The notes: a model not told the origin generated them from the letters alone. DNA of 64,000 nt from Chloroflexota bacterium (GCA_022561215.1 JADFRQ010000004.1:20820-84819), one strand, 5' to 3'; positions 45,228 through 54,748 are shown, numbered from the stretch's first letter. Numbers and translations are program-made.

Positions 45228-46472
45228 TTAATCCAACTCATACCTCTCCGCAAACGCTATTAGCGCCGCTTCAAAAATTTCCATTGGCGGGCGCACCAGT
45301 CCAGCGCCCACCTGTCCCACGCCAGCTTCCTTGTGGGCGATGCCCGTATTCACCCGAGGGGTAACCCCGAATTCAACCACTTTGCGCAAATCAATCCCTG
45401 TCGGTGTGCCGCGAAAATCCAAGGGGGGAATGCTGAAATGTTTATGTTCTGCAAAGGTGATCTCGTACATTTCCAAGGTGGCGTTGATTGCATCTTCAGG
45501 GGTACCACTGATAAATGTCACGATTGCCGGCGCGCCCGCCATGGCAAAGGCGCCAATGCCTGCCGTCTCCGTAATCGTGCTGTCGCCGATATCCGCATTT
45601 GCATCTTCACTAGTAAAATTCGGGAAGTACAAACCGTCCGGCACCTGTGCAGGCGCGGTAAACCAAGTTTCTCCCAAGCCACTTACCCGGATTCCAAAAT
45701 CGGTGCCATTGCGCGCCATTGCGGTAACGATGGTGCTGCCCTCCACGCCATGCCCCGCATCGGTCATCGCTTTGCAGGCAGCCATCACCGGATTAAGCAC
45801 GCTAAGTGCGTTGTCACCGAGGAATTGCAGTACTTCTTCTGCAACTGTGCTGTCTTTTACTATTTTGACGATCGACGGAGCAAGCAACTTGAGATAAATT
45901 AGAGAACCTGCTTTGTTGCGATTATGTCCTTCATCACCCATGTGCAATGCCTCTGCCAGAAGCGCACGTATGTCCATACCGTCGCCCTGAGCAAACGCTT
46001 CCGCAAGCACAGGAGCCATAACATCGTTCATCCAGTGCAGTTTTTTCAATACATCTTCGGCGTAGGCCCCATAACGCAGCACTTTGCCATAACCTTCATT
46101 TAAGTTGGAGTAAGCTTTGTTTCCGTGGGTGACGTTATCCAGCACGTACACCGCCATGGATGCCGAAGTGACACCTGCCATCGGACCGACGGTGCGATGA
46201 TGATGACATGGCGCAAATTCAATTTCTCCCGATTGAGCCATGCCTTGCGCTTGTTTCTCATCCTTGGCCAATCCTTCGAACAAGAGCGCTCCGATAACCC
46301 CACCACGCAACGGTCCCGACATCCGTTCCCATTCAATGGGAGGTCCGGCGTGCAAGATAAGATTATCCTCCATTCCTGGAATCACATCGCGTGCAATCTC
46401 AACACCTGTCAACATCGGCCGGGAGGAGATAATGCGATCGACCGCTGCTTCATTCGCCTTATCGATATTCAT
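45228..46472 (-). CDS. DUF1116 domain-containing protein (YlbE/AllG-like)
   Basis: From the internal Met: MNIDKANEAAVDRII...VIPGMEDNLILHAGPPIEWERMSGPLRGGVIGA, the pattern I associate with DUF1116. GAGGGA RBS. It starts 2 nt after the FdrA stop. Confidence 0.85.
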   Translation of the reverse strand: MNIDKANEAAVDRIISSRPMLTGVEIARDVIPGMEDNLILHAGPPIEWERMSGPLRGGVIGALLFEGLAKDEKQAQGMAQSGEIEFAPCHHHRTVGPMAGVTSASMAVYVLDNVTHGNKAYSNLNEGYGKVLRYGAYAEDVLKKLHWMNDVMAPVLAEAFAQGDGMDIRALLAEALHMGDEGHNRNKAGSLIYLKLLAPSIVKIVKDSTVAEEVLQFLGDNALSVLNPVMAACKAMTDAGHGVEGSTIVTAMARNGTDFGIRVSGLGETWFTAPAQVPDGLYFPNFTSEDANADIGDSTITETAGIGAFAMAGAPAIVTFISGTPEDAINATLEMYEITFAEHKHFSIPPLDFRGTPTGIDLRKVVEFGVTPRVNTGIAHKEAGVGQVGAGLVRPPMEIFEAALIAFAERYELD

Positions 46473-46474
46473 GC

Positions 46475-48157
46475 TTAGTCCCTCATTTTCTGTAGGATCG
46501 ACATAAGCTTCTCGTTGCCTCCTGCTGGAGGCCGCCAATTGACCTGTACCACTTTGGCTCCCTGCTGTTCTAAACTCTCGTAAAATGCCTCCAAACCAAC
46601 ATTTATCGCCGCCAATGGGGCGGCAAGATCCTCCAAATCGACAGGTGTCACAATCGATTCAGAAGGGCCTCCCAAGAGAGAGCCAATTGCATTCGCCGCT
46701 TCCAACACATTGCCAAACACACGCGCACCGGCATCAAGCAGCTGTTGGCGTTGGTGATCGTAATCTTGTGGATCTTCATCGGTCCCAATGAGAATCACGC
46801 CCACATCGAACGCATGCTGCCGGAGCACTTCGGCGATCACGGGTGCGAATTCGCCGGCCGGATCGATGTGCGCTCCTTCTCCCAAAACCATGTCGAGCAG
46901 GATAAATGCAACCTCGGGGTTTGCCGCCTCCTGCCTGAACATGCGCAATCGAAGATCGTTATCAATCATCGGATGCAATCGGCCCACAGTAAACTGGTCC
47001 TCCCCCAGATCAAGCAACGTGTGTTCGCGAGCCTTGGTGGGCTCGCCTAATCGTTCCCCACCAAAATTGGAATAAATTTTTCCGAACATTACTTGCAATA
47101 GAAGCAACGCTTCGCTGGCTAAACTCCCGCCAGAAAACAAACCGCGAATATAGCGACGATCGTTGCCCGTCTGGCGAGCAGAAGTTGCGCCCGCAGCCGT
47201 ACTCTGGTTGTTTTCGCCCAGGAGATCAACTGCCAGGGAGGCAGCCTCATTAAAATTGGACGCAAAATGCAGATTACCTAATTTTCTCGCCGGCGGTGAA
47301 TAACCGATAAAATTGACCACCACCGGCTTGCGGGTATTCCGGGCAGCACTTAACAGTTTGGTAGCGACCTCTGGATCTGGGGGCTTGGAAACCATGACGA
47401 TGACGCGTGTTTCCGAATCGCGCTTGAGTAAATCCAGAGATTGCAAGGCGGTCACACCCCCAATTTCCTTCTTGAGATCGCGGCCCCCTGTACCGAGCGC
47501 ATGCGAAATCCCTGCGCCCAATTGATGGATGCGGGAGGTCACGGCTTGCAGCCCAGTTCCCGCGGCGCCGATAAGGCCCACCCCACCGGAACGAACCCTA
47601 TTGGCAAATCCCAAGCCGATGCCCTGCACGATGGCGGTGCCACAATCCGGCCCCATCACCAGCAGGCCTCTTTCCTGTGCCATGGCCTTTAAGCTTGCTT
47701 CCTCTTCCATGGAAACATTGTCGCTGTATAAAAAGACATGCCGGTTACCTCGCAGCGCCTGCTCCGCCAGTCCAGCTGCGTAACGACCAGGAACCGAAAT
47801 GAGCACAAACCTGGCTTCCGGCAAGATATCGAAAGCGGCCTCCAAACTTCTGGGGCGGAACTTACCCGCAGAAGTCGACCTACGCTTGGCCATCAAATCA
47901 TCGATCGCAGCTATGGCGCTCGTTGCCTGATCTTCCTCTTCTGCCCTAACCACAATAAGTAGATCCTCCGGGTTTGCTTTTTGCGCTTCGGTAGGCAAAA
48001 GGTCACTCTCCGCCATAAGAATTAGGTTCGCCGGCGTAGCCATCACCACCCCGGCATCGAGGACGCCGGGCAAATCCAGCAATGCTCGCTGGAGATGCAT
48101 TAGGATAACCGAGTCAAAATAGGAACCTAATCGGATCTCGAACGTAGAAGTTGCCAT
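46475..48157 (-). CDS. fdrA: FdrA family protein (succinyl-CoA synthetase alpha-like, acyl-CoA synthetase FdrA)
   Basis: 560 aa with CoA-ligase/SCS-alpha type motifs (VMGPDCGTAI, GLIGAAGTGLQ, SHALGTGGRD). Confidence 0.85.
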   Translation of the reverse strand: MATSTFEIRLGSYFDSVILMHLQRALLDLPGVLDAGVVMATPANLILMAESDLLPTEAQKANPEDLLIVVRAEEEDQATSAIAAIDDLMAKRRSTSAGKFRPRSLEAAFDILPEARFVLISVPGRYAAGLAEQALRGNRHVFLYSDNVSMEEEASLKAMAQERGLLVMGPDCGTAIVQGIGLGFANRVRSGGVGLIGAAGTGLQAVTSRIHQLGAGISHALGTGGRDLKKEIGGVTALQSLDLLKRDSETRVIVMVSKPPDPEVATKLLSAARNTRKPVVVNFIGYSPPARKLGNLHFASNFNEAASLAVDLLGENNQSTAAGATSARQTGNDRRYIRGLFSGGSLASEALLLLQVMFGKIYSNFGGERLGEPTKAREHTLLDLGEDQFTVGRLHPMIDNDLRLRMFRQEAANPEVAFILLDMVLGEGAHIDPAGEFAPVIAEVLRQHAFDVGVILIGTDEDPQDYDHQRQQLLDAGARVFGNVLEAANAIGSLLGGPSESIVTPVDLEDLAAPLAAINVGLEAFYESLEQQGAKVVQVNWRPPAGGNEKLMSILQKMRD

Positions 48158-48190
48158 TCCTTTGCGTTCCTCCGTAGCACCCTTTGGACG

Positions 48191-49531
48191 TTAAAAATTG
48201 GTGTGGCCGCGCCCCTCGAATTCATAATCGAGCACTTTTTCAATACCTTCCGCCCACCCCAATAAAAGCTCATCGCCAAACCAGGCGCCCGCCAACTGCA
48301 GCCCGAGCGGAAGGCCCTGAGCGTTGCGCCCGGAGGGTAGATTAAGCGTGGGGAGGCCAGCCTGAGTCCAGGGTAAATTCATTATCGGATCTCCCGTGCT
48401 TTCCAAACCGCTTGGTGCTGCAGAAGGTGCACTCGGGGAAATCCAAAGATCGATGTTTCTGTTTTCCATTGCCGTGAGAAGCTCTTCACGCAATCGCAAT
48501 CTGGCTCGCAATGCTTCTCTCAACTCAGAGTCAGGAATCTCCATCCCGCTCTGTATCAATGTCCGCGTCTTGGAATGGTAGTGATCAGCATATTCTCCAA
48601 ACCAGTCTTGGTGTACCTTCGCTGCCTCCGCGGCCAGGATAAGATGATGCCTTTGCGTGATGCGTTCGAAATCCGCCAGAAGTGGCACTGCGATCACAAG
48701 GTAACCTGCATCCTTTAACTTTTCTTGCACAATCCTGAAGTGCGCATCCATCTCTTCGGAAACATGCTCCAAATACGGGCCCTCTGGCACTCCCAAGACC
48801 GGCAGCGCGCTTCGCTCCACCGGCGCCCAATCTAAAACAAGCACCGCAGCAACCAGTTTTGCGGAAGAGGCATCCCGGGTAAAAAATCCGACATGGTCCA
48901 ATGACTCGGAAAGTGGGATCACGCCCGATTTGTTTATGCGGTCAAAACTCGGCTTGAAGCCTACAACGCCACAATAGGATGCGGGGCGGGTGATGGAGCC
49001 GATCGTCTGCGTCCCCAATGCCAAGGGGATCATCCCGGCCCCGACTGCCGCGGCTGAGCCGCTGCTCGATCCTCCGGGAGTGTGATCAGGATGATGGGGA
49101 TTGCGCGTGGGCCCCGGTGCAAAATAAGCGAATTCAGTGGTAACCGTCTTGCCAAAAATTAAGGCCCCCTCATCTTTCAGACGAGTGACGCTGGCTGCCT
49201 GTGTGCCGGTTAATAACGCACCCGGCAATTTGCTGCCCGCGCGGGTGAGATATCCGTGTGCATGGAAGATGTCTTTCACCCCCACGGGAATGCCAAACAA
49301 TGCAGGGCGTTCTTGCACCGATGGATAACGCGCAAGCAACATCTGCGCCTCTTTCCGCAAACGACCGAAACGATCGTCCTCGGCGAGGAAGGCCTCTACG
49401 AAAGGCTCTTTCTCTTCAAAGATCGTCTGCAGGTCATCCAAATAGATTTCCAGCGCCGAATCACCTTTCGCCAGAGAGGCGACGAGCGAATTCAGATGCA
49501 TTCCTTCAATCCTCAGCTGATCCTTCATCAC
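48191..49531 (-). CDS. Amidase (amidase-signature family)
   Basis: GGSSSGSAAAVGAG signature with upstream VGVKD and TTEFA. 446 aa. Confidence 0.9.
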   Translation of the reverse strand: MMKDQLRIEGMHLNSLVASLAKGDSALEIYLDDLQTIFEEKEPFVEAFLAEDDRFGRLRKEAQMLLARYPSVQERPALFGIPVGVKDIFHAHGYLTRAGSKLPGALLTGTQAASVTRLKDEGALIFGKTVTTEFAYFAPGPTRNPHHPDHTPGGSSSGSAAAVGAGMIPLALGTQTIGSITRPASYCGVVGFKPSFDRINKSGVIPLSESLDHVGFFTRDASSAKLVAAVLVLDWAPVERSALPVLGVPEGPYLEHVSEEMDAHFRIVQEKLKDAGYLVIAVPLLADFERITQRHHLILAAEAAKVHQDWFGEYADHYHSKTRTLIQSGMEIPDSELREALRARLRLREELLTAMENRNIDLWISPSAPSAAPSGLESTGDPIMNLPWTQAGLPTLNLPSGRNAQGLPLGLQLAGAWFGDELLLGWAEGIEKVLDYEFEGRGHTNF

Positions 49532-49650
49532 ATCCTTCTAGAAAAATGGGCCGGTTTTTCACGCTCAATTTCTGGAGCATGTTTTGCGATGTTTAGGAGT
49601 AGAGTTTTGCAGGCCAATCCTGAGCGCACATGCTCCCGAATGCCCTCAGC

Positions 49651-50151
49651 CTAATCATCAGGGTTTGGTTGTCCTACTCCTCTTTCCGCGGCCAGTTTCA
49701 CCGCATCCACAATATTTTGGTAGCCCGTACAGCGACAAAGGTTGCCCGATAGCGCTTCCCGAATCTTTTCTTCCGAAGGGTGGGGGTTGGCTTCAAGAAA
49801 TGGAATGATGGTCATCAGGATTCCCGCGGTGCAAAATCCGCATTGCAAACCATGCGCATCCCAAAATGCCTGCTGCAGTGGATGCAACTCATCCGGGTTT
49901 GAGCCGAGCCCCTCCACTGTTGTTATTTGATGGCCATCGATTTGAACTGCAAATGTCAGACAGGAACGCACGGCTTCGCCGTCGAGCAGCACAGTACAAG
50001 CGCCACAGACGCCATGTTCGCAACCAACATGTGTGCCCGTCAATTCCATATCTTGCCGTAGAAAATCACTGAGAAGTAAACGCGGCTCAACCGCGTGGGT
50101 GCTTTCTATGCCATTGACGGTGATCTTAATGGGATGCAATGTCTTCTTCAT
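49651..50151 (-). CDS. (2Fe-2S)-binding small subunit of Mo-hydroxylase (CoxS-like)
   Basis: GCEHGVCGACTV and QCGFCTAG cluster motifs. Confidence 0.9.
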   Translation of the reverse strand: MKKTLHPIKITVNGIESTHAVEPRLLLSDFLRQDMELTGTHVGCEHGVCGACTVLLDGEAVRSCLTFAVQIDGHQITTVEGLGSNPDELHPLQQAFWDAHGLQCGFCTAGILMTIIPFLEANPHPSEEKIREALSGNLCRCTGYQNIVDAVKLAAERGVGQPNPDD

Positions 50152-51041
50152 AGGTTTTCACCACGATCTACATCTGCGCGTTGAAAGGCCAAATCCAGCG
50201 CGCGCAGTGTTAATACATTTGCCAGATGACGTTGAAAATCGACATTGGCATGCATATTTCCCAGAGGATCAATTTCGTCCTGCGAGGCCTTTTCAGCCGC
50301 CGCCTCAAAGGCTTGGTCATCGCGTGGCTGTCCTTCGAGAATCTTTGCGGCTTCAACTGCTTCCATGGGACCGTCCCCTGCGTTAAGGTAGACCAGGCAC
50401 GCTTTTTCGCAAACACCGTCTTCATCGAGTGTGATCCGTACCGCGATCCCCATCATGGCATAATCGCCTGCGCGCCGGGCGATTTCTTTGAAAGCCCATC
50501 CTGTGCGTGCACTGCTTTCCGGAATCGCAACCTCAACGAGGATTTCATCGGGATTGATATCCGTCGTAAACATGCCTTGAAAAAATTCTACGGAGGGGAT
50601 TGTGCGTTCCCCGCCAATGGATTGGACTTTAATTTGCGCGTCCACTGCCAGAGCGATCACTGGAAGCTCCGCCGCGGGATCTGCATGCACAAGGCTTCCA
50701 CCCAAAGTACCTCGATTTCTAATCTGTGGATGAGCGATACTGGGGATACTTTCGTGCAGAAGCGGGGCATATTGCGCAACCAAGTTGTCAAATTCCAATC
50801 GCCGATGGCGCGTCATAGCACCAACCAATAAATCACCGGCTTCATTCCGGCGAATATGATCCAATTCTTCCAGCTTATTTAGATCGACCAGCAGTGTCGG
50901 CTGCAGCATGCGAAAATTCATTGCCGGAACGAGGCTCTGTCCACCAGCAAGGATTTTTGCCTCTTCGCCATGTTCTTGGAGAATGCTGAGCGCCTGCTCT
51001 AGGGAATCTGGGACAATGTATTCAAATGCTGCCGGTTTCAT
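50148..51041 (-). CDS. FAD-binding medium subunit of Mo-hydroxylase (CoxM-like)
   Basis: AGGQSL, RNRGTLGGSL and a CO-dehydrogenase flavoprotein C-terminal-like region. It overlaps the small-subunit start by 4 nt. Confidence 0.9.
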   Translation of the reverse strand: MKPAAFEYIVPDSLEQALSILQEHGEEAKILAGGQSLVPAMNFRMLQPTLLVDLNKLEELDHIRRNEAGDLLVGAMTRHRRLEFDNLVAQYAPLLHESIPSIAHPQIRNRGTLGGSLVHADPAAELPVIALAVDAQIKVQSIGGERTIPSVEFFQGMFTTDINPDEILVEVAIPESSARTGWAFKEIARRAGDYAMMGIAVRITLDEDGVCEKACLVYLNAGDGPMEAVEAAKILEGQPRDDQAFEAAAEKASQDEIDPLGNMHANVDFQRHLANVLTLRALDLAFQRADVDRGENL

Positions 51042-51360
51042 CCAGAATCCTCCCCGCTATGCGATTGTTTTTATCGAAATTGAAAACCTGGTCATGAAAA
51101 TAACTTTCTATTGCGCTAATCCTCATTAAGTTAACACCGGTCTCTTGTTTTGGATTTGCCTTGACCAAAATAAATGCTTCGGTGGCAACCAGTTGCGCAT
51201 AATTAAATTATAGGTCTCCCCTTCGTCTTTCATTGTGCTGGAGAAGTTGTATTATTTTAGTATGATTCCACGCGTTGATCGATCAGATCAGGCATTTCAA
51301 GAGATTTGAGCATCCAGCCAATGCTGTGCGTTTTTTAGTAGCTAAATGGAAAGAGGTGCC

Positions 51361-52563
51361 ATGAGCGAAGAGAATGGTCTCCTGCAGGGCGTACGCGTAA
51401 TCGATTTGACGCGTATTTTGGCGGGACCGTATTGCACGATGATCTTGGGAGACCTTGGCGCTGACGTGATTAAGGTGGAGCATCCCCTGCGCGGTGATGA
51501 TACTCGTCAATGGGGCCCCCCGTTTGCAGAAGGAGGGCAATCCGCGTACTTCATCTCCGCCAACCGCAACAAACGCAGTCTCAGCTTAAATTTGAAAACA
51601 GAACGTGGCCTTGAAATCCTCAAACAGCTTATTCATGAAGGTGATGTGCTTGTGGAAAATTTCAAGGTGGGCACACTTGAACGATTGGGGCTCGATGAGC
51701 AATCATTAAAAGATATCAACCCGGGACTGATTTACTGCACTATTACGGGATATGGTTATACAGGTCCTTACAAGGATCGCCCAGGGTACGACTTTATGGC
51801 GCAGGCCCTGGGCGGATTTATGAGCATCAATGGCCCTGTCGAGGGAGAAGCCTACCGAGCGGGAATCGCCATTGCGGATTTAAGCGCTGGAATCTTCGCT
51901 TCCAATGCTATCCTTGCTTCGCTTTATCATAATTCACGAAAAGAGTCCTGGCAGCGCATTGACATCTCCCTTCTCGATAGCATGGTTGCGCTTACGTCCT
52001 ATGCGGCTAGCAATTATCTTGTCTCGGATGAGATACCGCAGCGCCTTGGAAATGCCCACCCTAATATCGTTCCTTACCAAACCTTCAAGGCCCGGGATGG
52101 CTATTTTGCCATGGCAATCGGCAATGATGGGCAGTGGAAAACATTTTGTGAGGCAATCGATAAACCCGATTGGATTGAGGACAGCCGATTCAAAACCAAC
52201 CCGGATCGGGTCGCAAATCGAAAAGTTCTTACCGCAATGTTGGAACATGTTTTTGAAAAAAACAGCATTGCTGAATGGCTGGCGACGTTTGAAAAAAACG
52301 ACCTGCCCGCCGCGCCCATCAATACCATAGACCAAGTATTTCAAAACCCGCAAGTTCAAGCGAGAAACTTGCAGCTCACAATCCAGCATCCGCTTGCGGG
52401 GACAATTCCGCTGCTTGGCTCGCCGCTGAAAATCCCCACCAATCCCACCCAAATGCGCCTCCCCCCACCGTTGCTTGGAGAACATACCGATCAATTGCTG
52501 CAGGAACTTTTTGATTATGATGCGCAGGTCCTGGAAAATCTGCACGAGCAAGGTGTCCTATAA
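51361..52563 (+). CDS. CaiB/BaiF family (type III) CoA-transferase
   Basis: GVRVIDLTRILAGPYCTMILGDLGADVIKVE and GYDFMAQALGG motifs. AGAGG RBS sits before ATG 51361. Confidence 0.9.
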   Translation: MSEENGLLQGVRVIDLTRILAGPYCTMILGDLGADVIKVEHPLRGDDTRQWGPPFAEGGQSAYFISANRNKRSLSLNLKTERGLEILKQLIHEGDVLVENFKVGTLERLGLDEQSLKDINPGLIYCTITGYGYTGPYKDRPGYDFMAQALGGFMSINGPVEGEAYRAGIAIADLSAGIFASNAILASLYHNSRKESWQRIDISLLDSMVALTSYAASNYLVSDEIPQRLGNAHPNIVPYQTFKARDGYFAMAIGNDGQWKTFCEAIDKPDWIEDSRFKTNPDRVANRKVLTAMLEHVFEKNSIAEWLATFEKNDLPAAPINTIDQVFQNPQVQARNLQLTIQHPLAGTIPLLGSPLKIPTNPTQMRLPPPLLGEHTDQLLQELFDYDAQVLENLHEQGVL

Positions 52564-52632
52564 AATCTGGTTGAGATCTTTAATGGATGCCCGCAAAGTT
52601 TCACCGGCGATCGAATATCGAAGGAGCTTCCT

Positions 52633-53778
52633 GTGAGAAATGTCAGCGTTGTCGGAATCGCTCAAATCCCAGTCGAAAAGGCCAGTACGCGCAGCCTGCG
52701 TCAGCTTGGAGCCGAAGTTACCATCGCGGCGATGGCTGATGCAGGTGTAGAGAAAGTCGATGCACTTTATGCGAGCAACATGCTTTCCGATGAGCTCCAG
52801 GGTCAAAAACATATCGCTGCGCTCATCGCGGATGAAGCAGGGCTCACGGAGATTGAAGCGCTTCAAGTCCGGGCTGCAACGGCCAGCGGTGCGGCCGCTT
52901 TAAGGGTGGGGCATCTGGCTGTTGGCAGTGGGGAGGCTGATCTTGCAGTGGTCGTAGGCGTTGAAATCATGAGCCAGGGTGTCGCTTCCCCGGCCCTTTC
53001 CAAAGCACTGGATGCGGAAAGGGAGGTCGCCGATGGAGCCACCTTGATCAGTACAAACGCGGAGCTCATGCGCCTTTATTTTGACCGCTACCAAGTTCCC
53101 GATGATGGGTTGGTAAATTTTTCCTTGAACGCCCATCGCAATGCACGTCACAATCCCAACGCACTCTATCGCGATCGAACGATCAGTGCACGTGCAGTGA
53201 AAAACTCGCGCATTATCCACGCGCCATTGCGCCTGCTAGATTCTTCTCCCATTTGTGATGGCGCCGCAGCCCTCGTGCTTGCTCCGACCGAAGAAGCGCG
53301 CGCCTATAATCCACAACCCGTGCACATCCTTGCATCGAGTGTTTCCACGGATCGTTTTCGGATTGAAGATAGACAGGATCCCTTATGGCTGGAGGCCGCA
53401 CACAGCTCCTCACAAAAAGCCTTCCGACAAGCAAATGTGAACATTGATGAAGTTAGCTTCTTTGAGGTGCATGACGCCTTCAGCATCATGTCGTGTTTAT
53501 TGATGGAGGCCGTCGGGTTTGCGGAACCGGGCCAGGGTTGGCGTCTGGCGGAAGATAAAAAGATTACTTTGAAGGGGGAAATCCCGATCTCGACGATGGG
53601 TGGCTTGAAAGCACGCGGCCACCCTATTGGCGCCACCGCTCTATACCAGGCATGTGAAATTGTCATCCAGTTGACCCACCGAGCGGGAAAAATTCAAGTA
53701 CGCAACCCCTCCGTTGGAATGATGCAGAGCGTCGGCGCAGCAGCAACAACTGTCATCACCCACATCTTCAGCGCCTAA
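52633..53778 (+). CDS. Thiolase-like protein (SCP-x/archaeal-type thiolase family)
   Basis: 381 aa with the C-terminal HDAFS and GHPIGATA motifs of the thiolase fold. AAGGAG RBS with a GTG start. Confidence 0.85.
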   Translation: MRNVSVVGIAQIPVEKASTRSLRQLGAEVTIAAMADAGVEKVDALYASNMLSDELQGQKHIAALIADEAGLTEIEALQVRAATASGAAALRVGHLAVGSGEADLAVVVGVEIMSQGVASPALSKALDAEREVADGATLISTNAELMRLYFDRYQVPDDGLVNFSLNAHRNARHNPNALYRDRTISARAVKNSRIIHAPLRLLDSSPICDGAAALVLAPTEEARAYNPQPVHILASSVSTDRFRIEDRQDPLWLEAAHSSSQKAFRQANVNIDEVSFFEVHDAFSIMSCLLMEAVGFAEPGQGWRLAEDKKITLKGEIPISTMGGLKARGHPIGATALYQACEIVIQLTHRAGKIQVRNPSVGMMQSVGAAATTVITHIFSA

Positions 53779-54154
53779 TATTTATCACTGGTCCAAGATA
53801 GAAACCCCCCGATTTCTGAACTGGAACAATCGCTCCATACAGGAATACAGAACACGCATTTGGGAAAAAGTCTGTCCGTGCCGCAGCTTTTTGCGGGGTA
53901 GCTGGCTAAGGGCATGCTGCAGGGATGAATGATGGGGAAAGGGTTGGGGGTTGGCGGATCCATAAGCGTTTTTTTCTGAATGTTGTTATTTGATAAGCGC
54001 TATCTTATGATGTTCACCCCTCGAGAAGCAGGCCTGGAGGCGATGGGCAACGAGTCTTAACTCGAGTTGCCTTCGCACTATTGTTAAGATCGAGGTAATT
54101 AAAAGAAATCGGTTTTTGAACCCTTAACTTAAAAAGCGCCTTTTGTGGACAGCC

Positions 54155-54598
54155 TCATGTTTCAATTTGTTTGGCGAAGCAGTCAAAGAAGGTTTTCGTC
54201 ATTTTTTTCGAGACCGGCTTCATTAATCGCGACGCCAGGCTGGCGATCGTTCCTGCAATGGTTACATCCGCCCACCAATTTATTTCCGTCGAACCATCAG
54301 GCCCATCAAGAAGCGTTATTTCGGCGGTGACATCGCCTGCACTCCCGGGCGCAGTGCCATGCCCCTTCATCAGCGCGCGATTTGGTCGATCAAGTTCCAC
54401 CCATTCGATATCGACGTCAAACTTTACTTTCACCGTCCCTAATCCAACTTGAGCCTGCGCATGAAATTTTTTATTGGGCTCGATTATTTCCATCGTATCC
54501 AACCCGGGAACGCAAGCACTGATCGATTCGGCATCGATTAAGAAGTCAAACACTTTTTCACGCGCAGCATGTATGGTGACATTACCTTCAAGCCTCAT
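54155..54598 (-). CDS. CoxG-family SRPBCC protein
   Basis: MRLEGNVTIHAAREKVFDFLIDAESISACVPG...VKVKFD... and the ASLASRLM tail resemble CO-dehydrogenase subunit G family proteins. Confidence 0.8.
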   Translation of the reverse strand: MRLEGNVTIHAAREKVFDFLIDAESISACVPGLDTMEIIEPNKKFHAQAQVGLGTVKVKFDVDIEWVELDRPNRALMKGHGTAPGSAGDVTAEITLLDGPDGSTEINWWADVTIAGTIASLASRLMKPVSKKMTKTFFDCFAKQIET

Positions 54599-54748
54599 TT
54601 TTCCTCCTCAAGATTGGAGCAGCACAGCAGCGCTGCAATCCGACTAACCAAATTTATTTGATTTTCTTTCTCATGCGTATCCTTTTTCGGAGCGTTTTCA
54701 AAAGCCTCCCAATCGGGTACTGAGCCGAGATAGTAGAGATGGAACGAT

